Shown piece after piece: positions 15,001 to 30,000 of a stretch of 64,000 nt of DNA; position 1 is the stretch's first letter; each line of letters starts with the position of its first letter. A program made the translations under genes and the position numbers. The stretch lies in assembly GCA_964016885.1 (NCBI GenBank), contig OZ024745.1, forward strand, positions 19,220,001-19,284,000. The letters are read 5' to 3'. This stretch comes from Eledone cirrhosa. Its lineage: Eukaryota. The notes beneath the pieces are model-generated. The model did not search any database, was not told the origin of the DNA, and worked only from the letters and a program-made list of their open reading frames with translations.

Positions 15001-18000
15001 CTTTTTTGCCATGACACCTAGACAACCACTTTACAGTGTGGGCTGGGTCCTTTTTTGCCATGACACCTAGACAACCACTTTACAGTGTGAGCTGGGTACT
15101 TTTTGCTGTGAGACCTAGACAACCACTTTACAGTGTAGGCTGGGTCCTTTTTTGCCATGACACATAGACAACCACTTTACAGCATGGGCTGGGTACTTTT
15201 TGCCGTGACACCTAGACAACCACTTTACAGTGTGGGCTGGGTCCTTTTTGCCGTGAGACCTAGACAACCACTTTACAGTGTGGGCTGTGTGCTTTTTGCC
15301 GTGACACCTAGACAACCACTTTACCGTGTGGGCTGCGTCCTATTCGCCGTGACACCTAAACAACCACTTTACCGTGTGGGCTGGGTCCTTTTTGCCATGA
15401 CACCTAGACAACCACTTTACAGTGTGGGCTGGGTCCTTTTTGCTGTGACACCTAGACAACCACTTTACAGTGTGGGCTGGGTCCTTTTTGCTGTGACACC
15501 TAGACAACCACTTTACAGTGTGGGCTGGGTTCTTTTTTGCCGTGACACCTAGACAACCACTTTACAGTGTGGGCTGGGTCCTTTTTGCCATGACACCTAG
15601 ACAACCACCTTACAGTGTGGGCTGGGTCCTTTTTTGCCATGACACCTAGACAACCACTTTACAGTGTGGGCTGGGTCCTTTTTGCTGTGACACCTAGACA
15701 ACCACTTTACAGTGTGGGCTGTGTACTTTTTTGCCATGACACCTAGACAACCACTTTACAGTGTGGGCTGGGTCCTTTTTTGCCATGACACCTAGACAAC
15801 CACTTTACAGTGTGGGCTGGGTACTTTTTTGCCATGACACCTAGACAACCACTTTACAGTGTCAGCTGGGTCCTTTTTGCCGTGAGACTTAGACAACTAC
15901 TTTACAGTGTGGGCTGGGCCCTTTTTGCCATGACACCTAGACAACCACTTTACAGTGTGGGCTGTGTCCTTTTTTGCCCTGACACCTAGAGAACCACTTT
16001 ACAGTGTTGGCTGGGTCCTTTTTTGCCATGACACCTAGACAACCACTTTACAGCATGGGCTGGGCCCTTTTTGCCATGTCACCTAGACAACCACTTTACT
16101 GTGTGGGCTGGGCTTTTTTTGCCATTACACCTAGACAACCACTTTACAGTGTGGGCTGGGTCCTTTTTTGCCATGACACCTAGACAACCACTTTACAGCA
16201 TGGGCTGGGTCCTTTTTGCCGTGAGACCTAGACAAACACTTTACAGTGTGGGCTGGGTCCTTTTTTGCCATGACACAAAGACAACTACTTTACAGCATGG
16301 GCTGGGTACTTTTTGCCGTGACACCTAGACAACCACTTTACAGTGTGGGTTGGGTCCCTTTTGCCGTGACACCTAGATAACCACTTTACAGTGTGGGGTG
16401 TGTCCTTTTTGCCGTGACACCTAGACAACCACTTTACCGTGTGGGCTGGGTCCTATTTGCCACTGACACCTAGACAACCACTTTACCGTGTGGGCTGGGT
16501 CCTTTTTGCGTGACACCTATACAACCACTTTACAGTGTGGGCTGGGTCCTTTTTTGCCATGACACCTAGACAACCACTTTACAGTGTGGGCTGGGTCGTT
16601 TTTTGCCATGGCACCTAGACAACCACTTTACAGCGTGGGCTGGGTCCTTTTTTTTCCATGACACCTAGACAACCACTTTACCGTGTGGGTTGGGTCTTTT
16701 TTGCCATGACACCTAGACAACCACTTTACAGTGTGGGCTGGGTACTTTTTTGCCATGACACCTAGACAACCACTTTACCGTGTGGGCTGGGTCCTATTCG
16801 CCGTGACACCTAGACAACCACTTTACCATGTGGGCTGGGTCCTTTTTGCCATGACACCTAGACAACCACTTTACAGTGTGGGCTGGGTCCTTTTTTGCCA
16901 TGACACATAGACAACCACTTTACAGTGTGAGCTGGGTACTTTTTGCTGTGAGACCTAGACAACCACTTTACAGTGTAGGCTGGGTCCTTTTTTGCCATGA
17001 CACATAGACAACCACTTTACAGCATGGGCTGGGTACTTTTTGCCGTGACACCTAGACAACCACTTTACAGTGTGGGCTGGGTCCTTTTTGCCGTGAGACC
17101 TAGACAACCACTTTACAGTGTGGGCTGTGTGCTTTTTGCCGTGACACCTAGACAACCACTTTACCGTGTGGGCTGCGTCCTATTCGCCGTGACACCTAGA
17201 CAACCACTTTACCGTGTGGGCTGGGTCCTTTTTGCCATGACACCTAGACAACCACTTTACAGTGTGGGCTGGGTCCTTTTTGCTGTGACACCTAGACAAC
17301 CACTTTACAGTGTGGGCTGTGTACTTTTTTGCCATGACACCTAGACAACCACTTTACAGTGTGGGCTGGGTCCTTTTTTGCCATGACACCTAGACAACCA
17401 CTTTACAGTGTGGGCTGGGTACTTTTTTGCCATGACACCTAGACAACCACTTTACAGTGTCAGCTGGGTCCTTTTTGCCGTGAGACTTAGACAACTACTT
17501 TACAGTGTGGGCTGGGCCCTTTTTGCCATGACACCTAGACAACCACTTTACAGTGTGGGCTGTGTCCTTTTTTGCCCTGACACCTAGAGAACCACTTTAC
17601 AGTGTTGGCTGGGTCCTTTTTTGCCATGACACCTAGACAACCACTTTACAGCATGGGCTGGGCCCTTTTTGCCATGTCACCTAGACAACCACTTTACTGT
17701 GTGGGCTGGGCTTTTTTTGCCATTACACCTAGACAACCACTTTACAGTGTGGGCTGGGTCCTTTTTTGCCATGACACCTAGACAACCACTTTACCGCATT
17801 GGCTGGGCCCTTTTTGCCATGACACCTAGACAACCACTTTACAGCATGGGATGGGTCCTTTTTTGCCATGACACATAGACAGCCACTTTACAGTGTGTGC
17901 GGGGCCCTTTTTGCCATGACATCTAGACAACCACTTTACAGCATCGGCTGGGTCCTTTTTTGCCAAGACACCTAGACAACTACTTTACAGCATGGGCTGG

Positions 18001-21000
18001 GTCCTTTTTGCCGTGAGACCTAGACAACCACTTTACAGTGTGGGCTGGGTACTTTCTGCCATGACACCTAGTCAACCACTTTACAGTGTGGGCTGGGTCC
18101 TTTTTGCCGTGACACCTAGACAACCACTTTACCGTGTGGGCTGGGTCCTTTTTGCGTGGCACCTGGACAACCACTTTACAGTGTGGGCTGGGTCCTTTTT
18201 TGCCATTACACCTAGACAACCACTTTACAGTGTGGGCTAGGCCCTTTTTTGCCATGACACCTAGACAAACACTTTACAGTGTGGGCTGGGTCCTTTTTGC
18301 CGTGAGACCTAGACAACCACTTTACCATGTGGGCTGGGTCCTATTCGCCGTGGCACCTAGACAACCACTTTACCGTGTGGGCTGGGTACTTTTTACCATG
18401 ACACCTAGACAGCCACTTTACAGTGTGGGCTGGGTACTTTTTTGCCATGACACCTAGACAACCACTTTACAGTGTGGGCTGGGTCCTTTTTGCTGTGACA
18501 CCTAGACAACCACTTTACAGTGTGGGCTGGGTTCTTTTTTGCCGTGACACCTAGACAACCACTTTACAGTGTGCGCTGGGTCCTTTTTTGCCATGACACC
18601 TAGACAACCACTTTACAGCATGGGCTGGGTACTTTTTGCCGTGACACCTAGACAACCACTTTACAGTGTGGGCTGGGTCCCTTTTGCCGTGACACCTAGA
18701 TAACCACTTTACAGTGTGGGGTGTGTCCTTTTTGCCGTGACACCTAGACACCCACTTTACCGTGTGGGCTGGGTCCTATTTGCCACTGACACCTAGACAA
18801 CCACTTTACCGTGTGGGCTGGGTCCTTTTTGCGTGACACCTATACAACCACTTTACAGAGTGGGCTGGGTCCTTTTTTGCCATGACACCTAGACAACCAC
18901 TTTACAGTGTGGGCTGGGTCGTTTTTTGCCATGACACCTAGACAACCACTTTACAGCGTGGGCTGGGTCCTTGTTTTTCCATGACACCTAGCAACCACTT
19001 TACAGTGTGGGCTGGGTCTTTTTTGCCATGACACCTAGACAACCACTTTACCGTGTGGGCTGGGTCCTATTCGCTGTGACACCTAGACAACCACTTTACC
19101 GTGTGGGCTGGGTCCTTTTTGCCATGACACCTAGACAACCACTTTACAGTGTGGGCTGGGTACTTTTTTGCCATGACACCTAGACAACCACTTTACAGTG
19201 TGGGCTGGGTCCTTTTTGCTGTGACACCTAGACAACCACTTTACAGTGTGGGCTGGGTTCTTTTTTACCGTGACACCGAGACAACCACTTTACAGTGTGG
19301 GCTGGGTCCTTTTTGCCATGACACCTAAACAACCACTTTACAGTGTGGGCTGGGTCCTTTTTTGCCATGACACCTAGACAACCACTTTACAGTGTGAGCT
19401 GGGTACTTTTTGCTGTGAGACCTAGACAACCACTTTACAGTGTAGGCTGGGTCCTTTTTTGCCATGACACATAGACAACCACTTTACAGCATGGGCTGGG
19501 TACTTTTTGCCGTGACACCTAGACAACCACTTTACAGTGTGGGCTGGGTCCTTTTTGCCGTGACACGTAGACAACCACTTTACAGTGTGGGCTGGGTATT
19601 TTTTGCCATGACACCTAGAAAACCACTTTACACTGTGGGCTGGGTCCTTTTTGCCATGACACCTAGACAAACACTTTACAGTGTGGGCTGGGTCCTTTTT
19701 GCCGTGACACCTCGACAACCACTTTACCATGTGGGCTGGGTCCTTTTTTTTCCATGACACCTAGATAACCACTTTACAGTGTGGACTGGGTCCTTTTTGC
19801 CATGACACCTAGACAACCACTTTACAGTGTGGGCTGGGTCCTTTTTTGCCATGACACCTAGACAACCACTTTACAGTGTGGGCTGGGTCCTTTTTGCCGT
19901 GAGACCTAGACAACCACTTGACAGTGTGGGCTGTGTCCTTTTTGCCGTGACACGTAGACAACCACTTTACAGTGTGGGCTGGGTATTTTTTGCCATGACA
20001 CCTAGAAAACCACTTTACACTGTGGGCTGGGTCCTTTTTGCCATGACACCTAGACAAACACTTTACAGTGTGGGCTGGGTCCTATTCGCCGTGAGACCTA
20101 AACAACCACTTTACCATGTGGGCTGGGTCCTTTTGCCATGACACCTAGACAACCACTTTACAGTGTGGGCTGGGTACTTTTTTGCCATGACACCTAGACA
20201 ACCACTTTACAGTGTGGGCTGGGTCCTTTTTGCTGTGACACCTAGACAACCACTTTACAGTGTGGGCTGGGTTCTTTTTTGCTGTGACACCTAGACAACC
20301 ACTTTACAGTGTGGGCTGGGTCCTTTTTGCCATGACACCTAGACAACCACTTTACAGTGAGGGCTGGGTCCTTTTTTGCCATGACACCTAGACAACCACT
20401 TTACAGCATGGGCTGGGTCCTTTTTGCCGTGAGACCTAGACAACCACTTTACAGTGTGGGCTGGGTCCTTTTTTGCCATGACACATAGACAACCACTTTA
20501 CAGGATGGGCTGGGTACTTTTTGCCGTGACACCTAGACAACCACTTTACAGTGTGGGCTGGGTCCTTTTTGCCGTGACGCCTAGACAACCACTTTACAGT
20601 ATGGGCTGGGTATTTTTTGCCATGACACCTAGACAACCACTTTACACTGTGGGCTGGGTCTTTTTTGCCGTGACACCTAGAAAACCACTTTACAGTGTGG
20701 GCTGTGTACTTTTTGCCATGATACCTAGACAACCACTTTACAGCATGGGCTGGGTCCTTTTTTGCCATGACACCTAGACAACCACTTTACAGTGTGGGCT
20801 GGGCCCTTTTTGCCATAACACCTAGACAACCACTTTACAGTGTGGGCTGGGTACTTTTTGCCATGACACCTAGACAACCACTTTACAGTGTGGGCTGGGT
20901 CCTTTTTTGCCATGACACATAGACAACCACTTTACAGTGTGGGCTGGGTCCTTTTTTGCCATGACACCTAGACAACCATTTTACGGTGTGGGCTGGGTCC

Positions 21001-24000
21001 TTTTTTGCCATGACACCTAGACAAACACTTTACAGTGTGGGCTGGGTCCTTTTTTGCCATGACACCTAGACAACCACTTTACAGTGTGGGCTGGGTACTT
21101 TTTGCCATGACACCTAGACAACCACTTTACAGTGTGGGCTGGGTACTTTTTTACCATGACACCTAGACAACCACTTTACCGCATGGGCTGGCCCCTTTTT
21201 GCCATGACACCCAGACAAACAATTTACAGTGTGGGCTGGGTACTTTTTGCCGTGACACCTAGACAACCACTTTACAGTGTGGGCTGGGTCCTTTTTTGCC
21301 ATGACACCTAGACAACCACTTTACAGTGTGGGCTGGGTCTTTTTTTGCCATGACACCTAGATAACCACTTTACAGTGTGGGCTGGGTCCTTTTTTGCCAT
21401 GAAACCTAGACAACCACTTTACAGCATGGGCTGGGTCCTTTTTTTCCATGACACCTAGACAACCACTTTACCGCATGGGCTGGGCCCTTTTTGCCATGAC
21501 ACCCAGACAACCACTTTACAATGTGGGCTGGGTCCTTTTTCGCCTTGACACCTAGACAACCACTTTACAGCATAGGCTGGGCACTTTTTGCCGTGACACC
21601 TAGACAACCACTTTACAGCATGGGCTGGGTCCTTTTTGCCATGACACCTAGACAACCACTTTACAGTGTGGGCCTGGCCCTTTTTGCCATGACACCTAGA
21701 CAACCACTTTACAGTATGGGCTGGGTACTTTTTACCATGACACCTAGATAACCACTTTACAGTGTGGGCTAGGTCCTTTTTGCCGTGAGACCTAGACAAC
21801 CACTTTACAGCATGGGCTGGGCTCTTTTTGCCGTGTCACCTAGACAACCACTTTACTGTGTGGGCTGGGCTTTTTTTGCCATGACACCTAGACAACCACT
21901 TTACAGTGTGGGCTGGGTCCTTTTTTGCCATGACACCTACACAACCACTTTACAGCATGGGCTGGGTCCTTTTTGCCATGACACCTAGTCAACCACTTTA
22001 CAGTGTGGGCTGGGTCCTTTTTTGCCATGACACCTAGACAACCACTTTACAGCATGGGCTGGGCCCTTTTTGCCATGACATTTAGACAACCACTTTACAG
22101 CATGGGCTGGGCCCTTTTTGCTATGACATTTAGACAACCAATTTACAGCATGGGCTGGGTCCTTTTTGCCATGACACCTAGTCAACCACTTTACAGTGTG
22201 GGCTGGGTCCTTTTTTGCCATAACACCTAGACAACCACTTTACAGTGTGGGCTGGGTACTTTTTTGCCATGACACCTAGACAACCACTTTACAGTGTCAG
22301 CTGGGTCCTTTTTGCCGTGAGACTTAGACAACTACTTTACAGTGTGGGCTGGGCCCTTTTTGCCATGACACCTAGACAACCACTTTACAGTGTGGGCTGG
22401 GTTCTTTTTTGCCATGACACCTAGACAACAACATTACAGCATGGGCTGGGCCCTTTTTTGCCATGACACCTACACAACCACTTTACAGCATGGGCTGGGT
22501 CCTTTTTGCCATGACACCTAGTCAACCACTTTACAGTGTGGGCTGGGTCCTTTTTTGCCATGACACCTAGACAACCACTTTACAGTGTGGGCTGGGTCCT
22601 TTTTTGCCATGACACCTAGACAACCACTTTACAGTGTGGGCTAGGTCCTTTTTGCCGTGAGACCGAGACAATCACTTTACAGTGTAGGCTGGGTACTTTT
22701 TTGCCATGACACCTAGACAACCACTTTACAGTGTGGGCTGGGTTCTTTTTTGCCATGACACCTAGACAACAACTTTACAGCATGGGCTGGGCCCTTTTTT
22801 CCATGACATTTAGACAACCACTTTACAGCATGGGCTGGGTCCTTTTTGCCATGACACCTAGTCAACCACTTTACAGTGTGGGCTGGGTCCTTTTTTGCCA
22901 TGACACCTAGACAACCACTTTACAGTGTGGGCTGGGTACTTTTTTGCCATGACACCTAGACAACCACTTTACAGTGTCAGCTGGGTCCTTTTTGCCGTGA
23001 GACTTAGACAACTACTTTACAGTGTGGGCTGGGCCCTTTTTGCCATGACACCTAGACAACCACTTTACAGTGTGGGCTGTGTCCTTTTTTGCCCTGACAC
23101 CTAGAGAACCACTTTACAGTGTTGGCTGGGTCCTTTTTTGCCATGACACCTACACAACCACTTTACAGCATGGGCTGGGCCCTTTTTGCCGTGTCACCTA
23201 GACAACCACTTTACTGTGTGGGCTGGGCTTTTTTTGCCATGACACCTAGACAACCACTTTACAGTGTGGGCTGGGTCCTTTTTTGCCGTGACACCTAGAC
23301 AACCACTTTACAGTGTGGGCTGGGTCCTTTTTGCCATGACACCTAGACAACCACTTTACAGTGTGGGCTGGGTCCTTTTTTGCCATGACACCTAGACAAC
23401 CACTTTACAGCATGGGCTGGGTCCTTTTTGCCGTGAGACCTAGACAACCACTTTACAGTGTGGGCTGGGTCCTTTTTTGCCATGACACATAGACAACCAC
23501 TTTACAGTGTGGGCTGGGTATTTTTTGCCATGACACCTAGACAACCACTTTACACTGTGGGCTGGGTCCTTTTGCCGTGACACCTAGAAAACCACTTTAC
23601 AGTGTGGGCTGGGTACTTTTTGCCATGATACCTAGACAACCACTTTACAGCATGGGCTGGGTCCTTTTTTGCCATGACACCTAGACAACCACTTTACAGT
23701 GTGGGCTGGGCCCTTTTTGCCATGACACCTAGACAACCACTTTACAGTGTGGGCTGGGTACTTTTTGACATGACACCTAGACAACCACTTTACAGTGTGG
23801 GCTGGGTCCTTTTTTGCCATGACACATAGACAACCACTTTACAGTGTGGGCTAGGTCCTTTTTGCCGTGAGACCGAGACAATCACTTTACAGTGTGGGCT
23901 GTGTCCTTTTTTGCCATGACACCTAGACAACCACTTTACAGTGTGGGCTGGGTACTTTTTGCCATGACACCTAGACAACCACTTTACAGTGTGGGCTGGG

Positions 24001-27000
24001 TACTTTTTTACCATGACACCTAGACAACCACTTTACCGCATGGGCTGGGCCCTTTTTGCCATGACACCCAGACAACCACTTTACAGTGTGGGCTGGGTCC
24101 TTTTTGCCGTGACACCTAGAGAACCACTTTACAGTGTGGGCTGGGTCCTTTTTTGCCATGACACCTAGACAACCACTTTACAGTGTGGGCTGGGTCTTTT
24201 TTTGCCATGACACCTAGATAACCACTTTACAGTGTGGGCTGGGTCCTTTTTTGCCATGAAACCTAGACAACCACTTTACAGTGTGGGCTGGGTCTTTTTT
24301 TGCCATGACACCTAGACAACCACTTTACAATGTGGGCTGGGTCCTTTTACGCCTTGACACCTAGACAACCACTTTACAGCATAGGCTGGGCACTTTTTGC
24401 CGTGACACCTAGACAACCACTTTACAGCATGGGCTGGGTCCTTTTTGCCATGACACCTAGACAACCACTTTACAGTGTGGGCCTAGCCCTTTTTGCCATG
24501 ACACCTAGACAACCACTTTACAGTATGGGCTGGGTACTTTTTACCATGACACCTAGACAACCACTTTACAGTGTGGGCTAGGTCCTTTTTGCCGTGAGAC
24601 CGAGACAATCACTTTACAGTGTGGGCTGGGTACTTTTTTGCCATGACACCTAGACAACCACTTTACAGTGTGGGCTGGGTTCTTTTTTGCCATGACACCT
24701 AGACAACAACTTTACAGCATGGGCTGGGCCCTTTTTGCCATGACACCTACACAACCACTTTACAGCATGGGCTGGGTCCTTTTTGCCATGACACCTAGTC
24801 AACCACTTTACAGTGTGGGCTGGGTCCTTTTTTGCCATGACACCTAGACAACCACTTTACAGTGTGGGCTGGGTCCTTTTTTGCCATGACACCTAGACAA
24901 CCACTTTACAGTGTGGGCTAGGTCCTTTTTGCCGTGAGACCGAGACAATCACTTTACAGTGTGGGCTGGGTACTTTTTTGCCATGACACCTAGACAACCA
25001 CTTTACAATGTGGGCTGGGTTCTTTTTTGCCATGACACCTAGACAACAACTTTACAGCATGGGCTGGGCCCTTTTTGCCATGACATTTAGACAACCACTT
25101 TACAGCATGGGCTGGGTCCTTTTTGCCATGACACCTAGTCAACCACTTTACAGTGTGGGCTGGGTCCTTTTTTGCCATGACACCTAGACAACCACTTTAC
25201 AGTGTGGGCTGGGTACTTTTTTGCCATGACACCTAGACAACCACTTTACAGTGTCAGCTGGGTCCTTTTTGCCGTGAGACTTAGACAACTACTTTACAGT
25301 GTGGGCTGGGCCCTTTTTGCCATGACACCTAGACAACCACTTTACAGTGTGGGCTGTGTCCTTTTTTGCCCTGACACCTAGAGAACCACTTTACAGTGTT
25401 GGCTGGGTCCTTTTTTGCCATGACACCTAGACAACCACTTTACAGCATGGGCTGGGCCCTTTTTGCCATATCACCTAGACAACCACTTTACTGTGTGGGC
25501 TGGGCTTTTTTTGCCATGACACCTAGACAACCACTTTACAGTGTGGGCTGGGTCCTTTTTTGCCATGACACCTAGACAACCACTTTACCGCATTGGCTGG
25601 GCCCTTTTTGCCATGACACCTAGACAACCACTTTACAGCATGGGATGGGTCCTTTTTTGCCATGACACATAGACAGCCACTTTACAGTGTGTGCGGGGCC
25701 CTTTTTGCCATGACATCTAGACAACCACTTTACAGCATCGGCTGGGTCCTTTTTTGCCAAGACACCTAGACGACTACTTTACAGCATGGGCTGGGTCCTT
25801 TTTGCCGTGAGACCTAGACAACCACTTTACAGTGTGGGCTGGGTACTTTTTGCCGTGACACCTAGTCAACCACTTTACAGTGTGGGCTGGGTCCTTTTTG
25901 CCGTGACACCTAGACAACCACTTTACCGCGTGGGCTGGGTCCTTTTTGCGTGACACCTGGACAACCACTTTACAGTGTGGGCTGGGTCCTTTTTTGCCAT
26001 GACACCTAGACAACCACTTTACAGTGTGGGCTGGGCCCTTTTTTGCCATGACACCTAGACAAACACTTTACAGTGTGGGCTTGGTCCTTTTTGCCGTGAG
26101 ACCTAGACAACCACTTGACAGTGTAGGCTGTGTCCTTTTTGCCGTGACACCTAGACAACCACTTTACCATGTGGGCTGGGTCCTATTCGCCGTGGCACCT
26201 AGACAACCACTTTACCGTGTGGGCTGGGTACTTTTTACCATGACACCTAGACAGCCACTTTACAGTGTGGGCTGGGTACTTTTTTGCCATGACACCTAGA
26301 CAACCACTTTACAGTGTGGGCTGGGTCCTTTTTGCTGTGACACCTAGACAACCACTTTACAGTGTGGGCTGGGTTCTTTTTTGCCGTGACACCTAGACAA
26401 CCACTTTACAGTGTGGGCTGGGTCCTTTTTGCCATGACACCTAGACAACCACTTTACAGTGTGGGCTGGGTCCTTTTTTGCCATGACACCTAGACAACCA
26501 CTTTACAGCAAGGGCTGGGTCCTTTTTGCCGTGAGACCTAGACAAACACTTTACAGTGTGGGCTGGGTCCTTTTTTGCCATGACACATAGACAACCACTT
26601 TACAGCATGGGCTGGGTACTTTTTGCCGTGACACCTAGACAACCACTTTACAGTGTGGGCTGGGTCCCTTTTGCCGTGACACCTAGATAACCACTTTACA
26701 GTGTGGGGTGTGTCCTTTTTGCCGTGACACCTAGACAACCACTTTACCGTGTGGGCTGGGTCCTATTTGCCACTGACACCTAGATAACCACTTTACCGTG
26801 TGGGCTGGGTCCTTTTTGCATGACACCTATACAACCACTTTACAGTGTGGGCTGGGTCCTTTTTTGCCATGACACCTAGACAACCACTTTACAGTGTGGG
26901 CTGGGTCGTTTTTTGCCATGACACCTAGACAACCACTTTACAGCGTGGGCTGGGTCCTTTTTTTTCCATGACACCTAGACAACCACTTTACAGTGTGGGC

Positions 27001-30000
27001 TGGGTCCTTTTTGCCATGACACCTAGACAACCACTTTACAGTGTGGGCTGGGTACTTTTTTGCCATGACACCTAGACAACCACTTTACCGTGTGGGCTGG
27101 GTCCTATTCGCCGTGACACCTAGACAACCACTTTACCGTGTGGGCTGGGTCCTTTTTGCCATGACACCTAGACAACCACTTTACAGTGTGGGCTGGGTCC
27201 TTTTTGCTGTGACACCTAGACAACCACTTTACAGTGTGGGCTGGGTTCTTTTTTGCCGTGACACCTAGACAACCACTTTACAGTGTGGGCTGGGTACTTT
27301 TTGCCATGATACCTAGACAACCACTTTACAGCATGGGCTGGGTCCTTTTTTGCCATGACACCTAGACAACCACTTTACAGTGTGGGCTGGGCCCTTTTTG
27401 CCATGACACCTAGACAACCACTTTACAGTGTGGGCTGGGTACTTTTTGACATGACACCTAGACAACCACTTTACAGTGTGGGCTGGGTCCTTTTTTGCCA
27501 TGACACATAGACAACCACTTTACAGTGTGGGCTAGGTCCTTTTTGCCGTGAGACCGAGACAATCACTTTACAGTGTGGGCTGTGTCCTTTTTTGCCATGA
27601 CACCTAGACAACCACTTTACAGTGTGGGCTGGGTACTTTTTGCCATGACACCTAGACAACCACTTTACAGTGTGGGCTGGGTACTTTTTTACCATGACAC
27701 CTAGACAACCACTTTACCGCATGGGCTGGGCCCTTTTTGCCATGACACCCAGACAACCACTTTACAGTGTGGGCTGGGTCCTTTTTGCCGTGACACCTAG
27801 AGAACCACTTTACAGTGTGGGCTGGGTCCTTTTTTGCCATGACACCTAGACAACCACTTTACAGTGTGGGCTGGGTCTTTTTTTGCCATGACACCTAGAT
27901 AACCACTTTACAGTGTGGGCTGGGTCCTTTTTTGCCATGAAACCTAGACAACCACTTTACAGTGTGGGCTGGGTCTTTTTTTGCCATGACACCTAGACAA
28001 CCACTTTACAATGTGGGCTGGGTCCTTTTACGCCTTGACACCTAGACAACCACTTTACAGCATAGGCTGGGCACTTTTTGCCGTGACACCTAGACAACCA
28101 CTTTACAGCATGGGCTGGGTCCTTTTTGCCATGACACCTAGACAACCACTTTACAGTGTGGGCCTAGCCCTTTTTGCCATGACACCTAGACAACCACTTT
28201 ACAGTATGGGCTGGGTACTTTTTACCATGACACCTAGACAACCACTTTACAGTGTGGGCTAGGTCCTTTTTGCCGTGAGACCGAGACAATCACTTTACAG
28301 TGTGGGCTGGGTACTTTTTTGCCATGACACCTAGACAACCACTTTACAGTGTGGGCTGGGTTCTTTTTTGCCATGACACCTAGACAACAACTTTACAGCA
28401 TGGGCTGGGCCCTTTTTGCCATGACACCTACACAACCACTTTACAGCATGGGCTGGGTCCTTTTTGCCATGACACCTAGTCAACCACTTTACAGTGTGGG
28501 CTGGGTCCTTTTTTGCCATGACACCTAGACAACCACTTTACAGTGTGGGCTGGGTCCTTTTTTGCCATGACACCTAGACAACCACTTTACAGTGTGGGCT
28601 AGGTCCTTTTTGCCGTGAGACCGAGACAATCACTTTACAGTGTGGGCTGGGTACTTTTTTGCCATGACACCTAGACAACCACTTTACAGTGTGGGCTGGG
28701 TTCTTTTTTGCCATGACACCTAGACAACAACTTTACAGCATGGGCTGGGCCCTTTTTGCCATGACATTTAGACAACCACTTTACAGCATGGGCTGGGCCC
28801 TTTTTGCCATGACATTTAGACAACCACTTTACAGCATGGGCTGGGTCCTTTTTGCCATGACACCTAGTCAACCACTTTACAGTGTGGGCTGGGTCCTTTT
28901 TTGCCATGACACCTAGACAACCACTTTACAGTGTGGGCTGGGTACTTTTTTGCCATGACACCTAGACAACCACTTTACAGTGTCAGCTGGGTCCTTTTTG
29001 CCGTGAGACTTAGACAACTACTTTACAGTGTGGGCTGGGCCCTTTTTGCCATGACACCTAGACAACCACTTTACAGTGTGGGCTGTGTCCTTTTTTGCCC
29101 TGACACCTAGAGAACCACTTTACAGTGTTGGCTGGGTCCTTTTTTGCCATGACACCTAGACAACCACTTTACAGCATGGGCTGGGCCCTTTTTGCCATAT
29201 CACCTAGACAACCACTTTACTGTGTGGGCTGGGCTTTTTTTGCCATGACACCTAGACAACCACTTTACAGTGTGGGCTGGGTCCTTTTTTGCCATGACAC
29301 CTAGACAACCACTTTACCGCACTGGCTGGGCCCTTTTTGCCATGACACCTAGACAACCACTTTACAGCATGGGATGGGTCCTTTTTTGCCATGACACATA
29401 GACAGCCACTTTACAGTGTGTGCGGGGCCCTTTTTGCCATGACATCTAGACAACCACTTTACAGCATCGGCTGGGTCCTTTTTTGCCAAGACACCTAGAC
29501 GACTACTTTACAGCATGGGCTGGGTCCTTTTTGCCGTGAGACCTAGACAACCACTTTACAGTGTGGGCTGGGTACTTTTTGCCGTGACACCTAGTCAACC
29601 ACTTTACAGTGTGGGCTGGGTCCTTTTTGCCGTGACACCTAGAGAACCACTTTACAGTGTGGGCTGGGTCCTTTTTTGCCATGACACCTAGACAACCACT
29701 TTACAGTGTGGGCTGGGTCTTTTTTTGCCATGACACCTAGATAACCACTTTACAGTGTGGGCTGGGTCCTTTTTTGCCATGAAACCTAGACAACCACTTT
29801 ACAGTGTGGGCTGGGTCTTTTTTTGCCATGACACCTAGACAACCACTTTACAATGTGGGCTGGGTCCTTTTACGCCTTGACACCTAGACAACCACTTTAC
29901 AGCATAGGCTGGGCACTTTTTGCCGTGACACCTAGACAACCACTTTACAGCATGGGCTGGGTCCTTTTTGCCATGACACCTAGACAACCACTTTACAGTG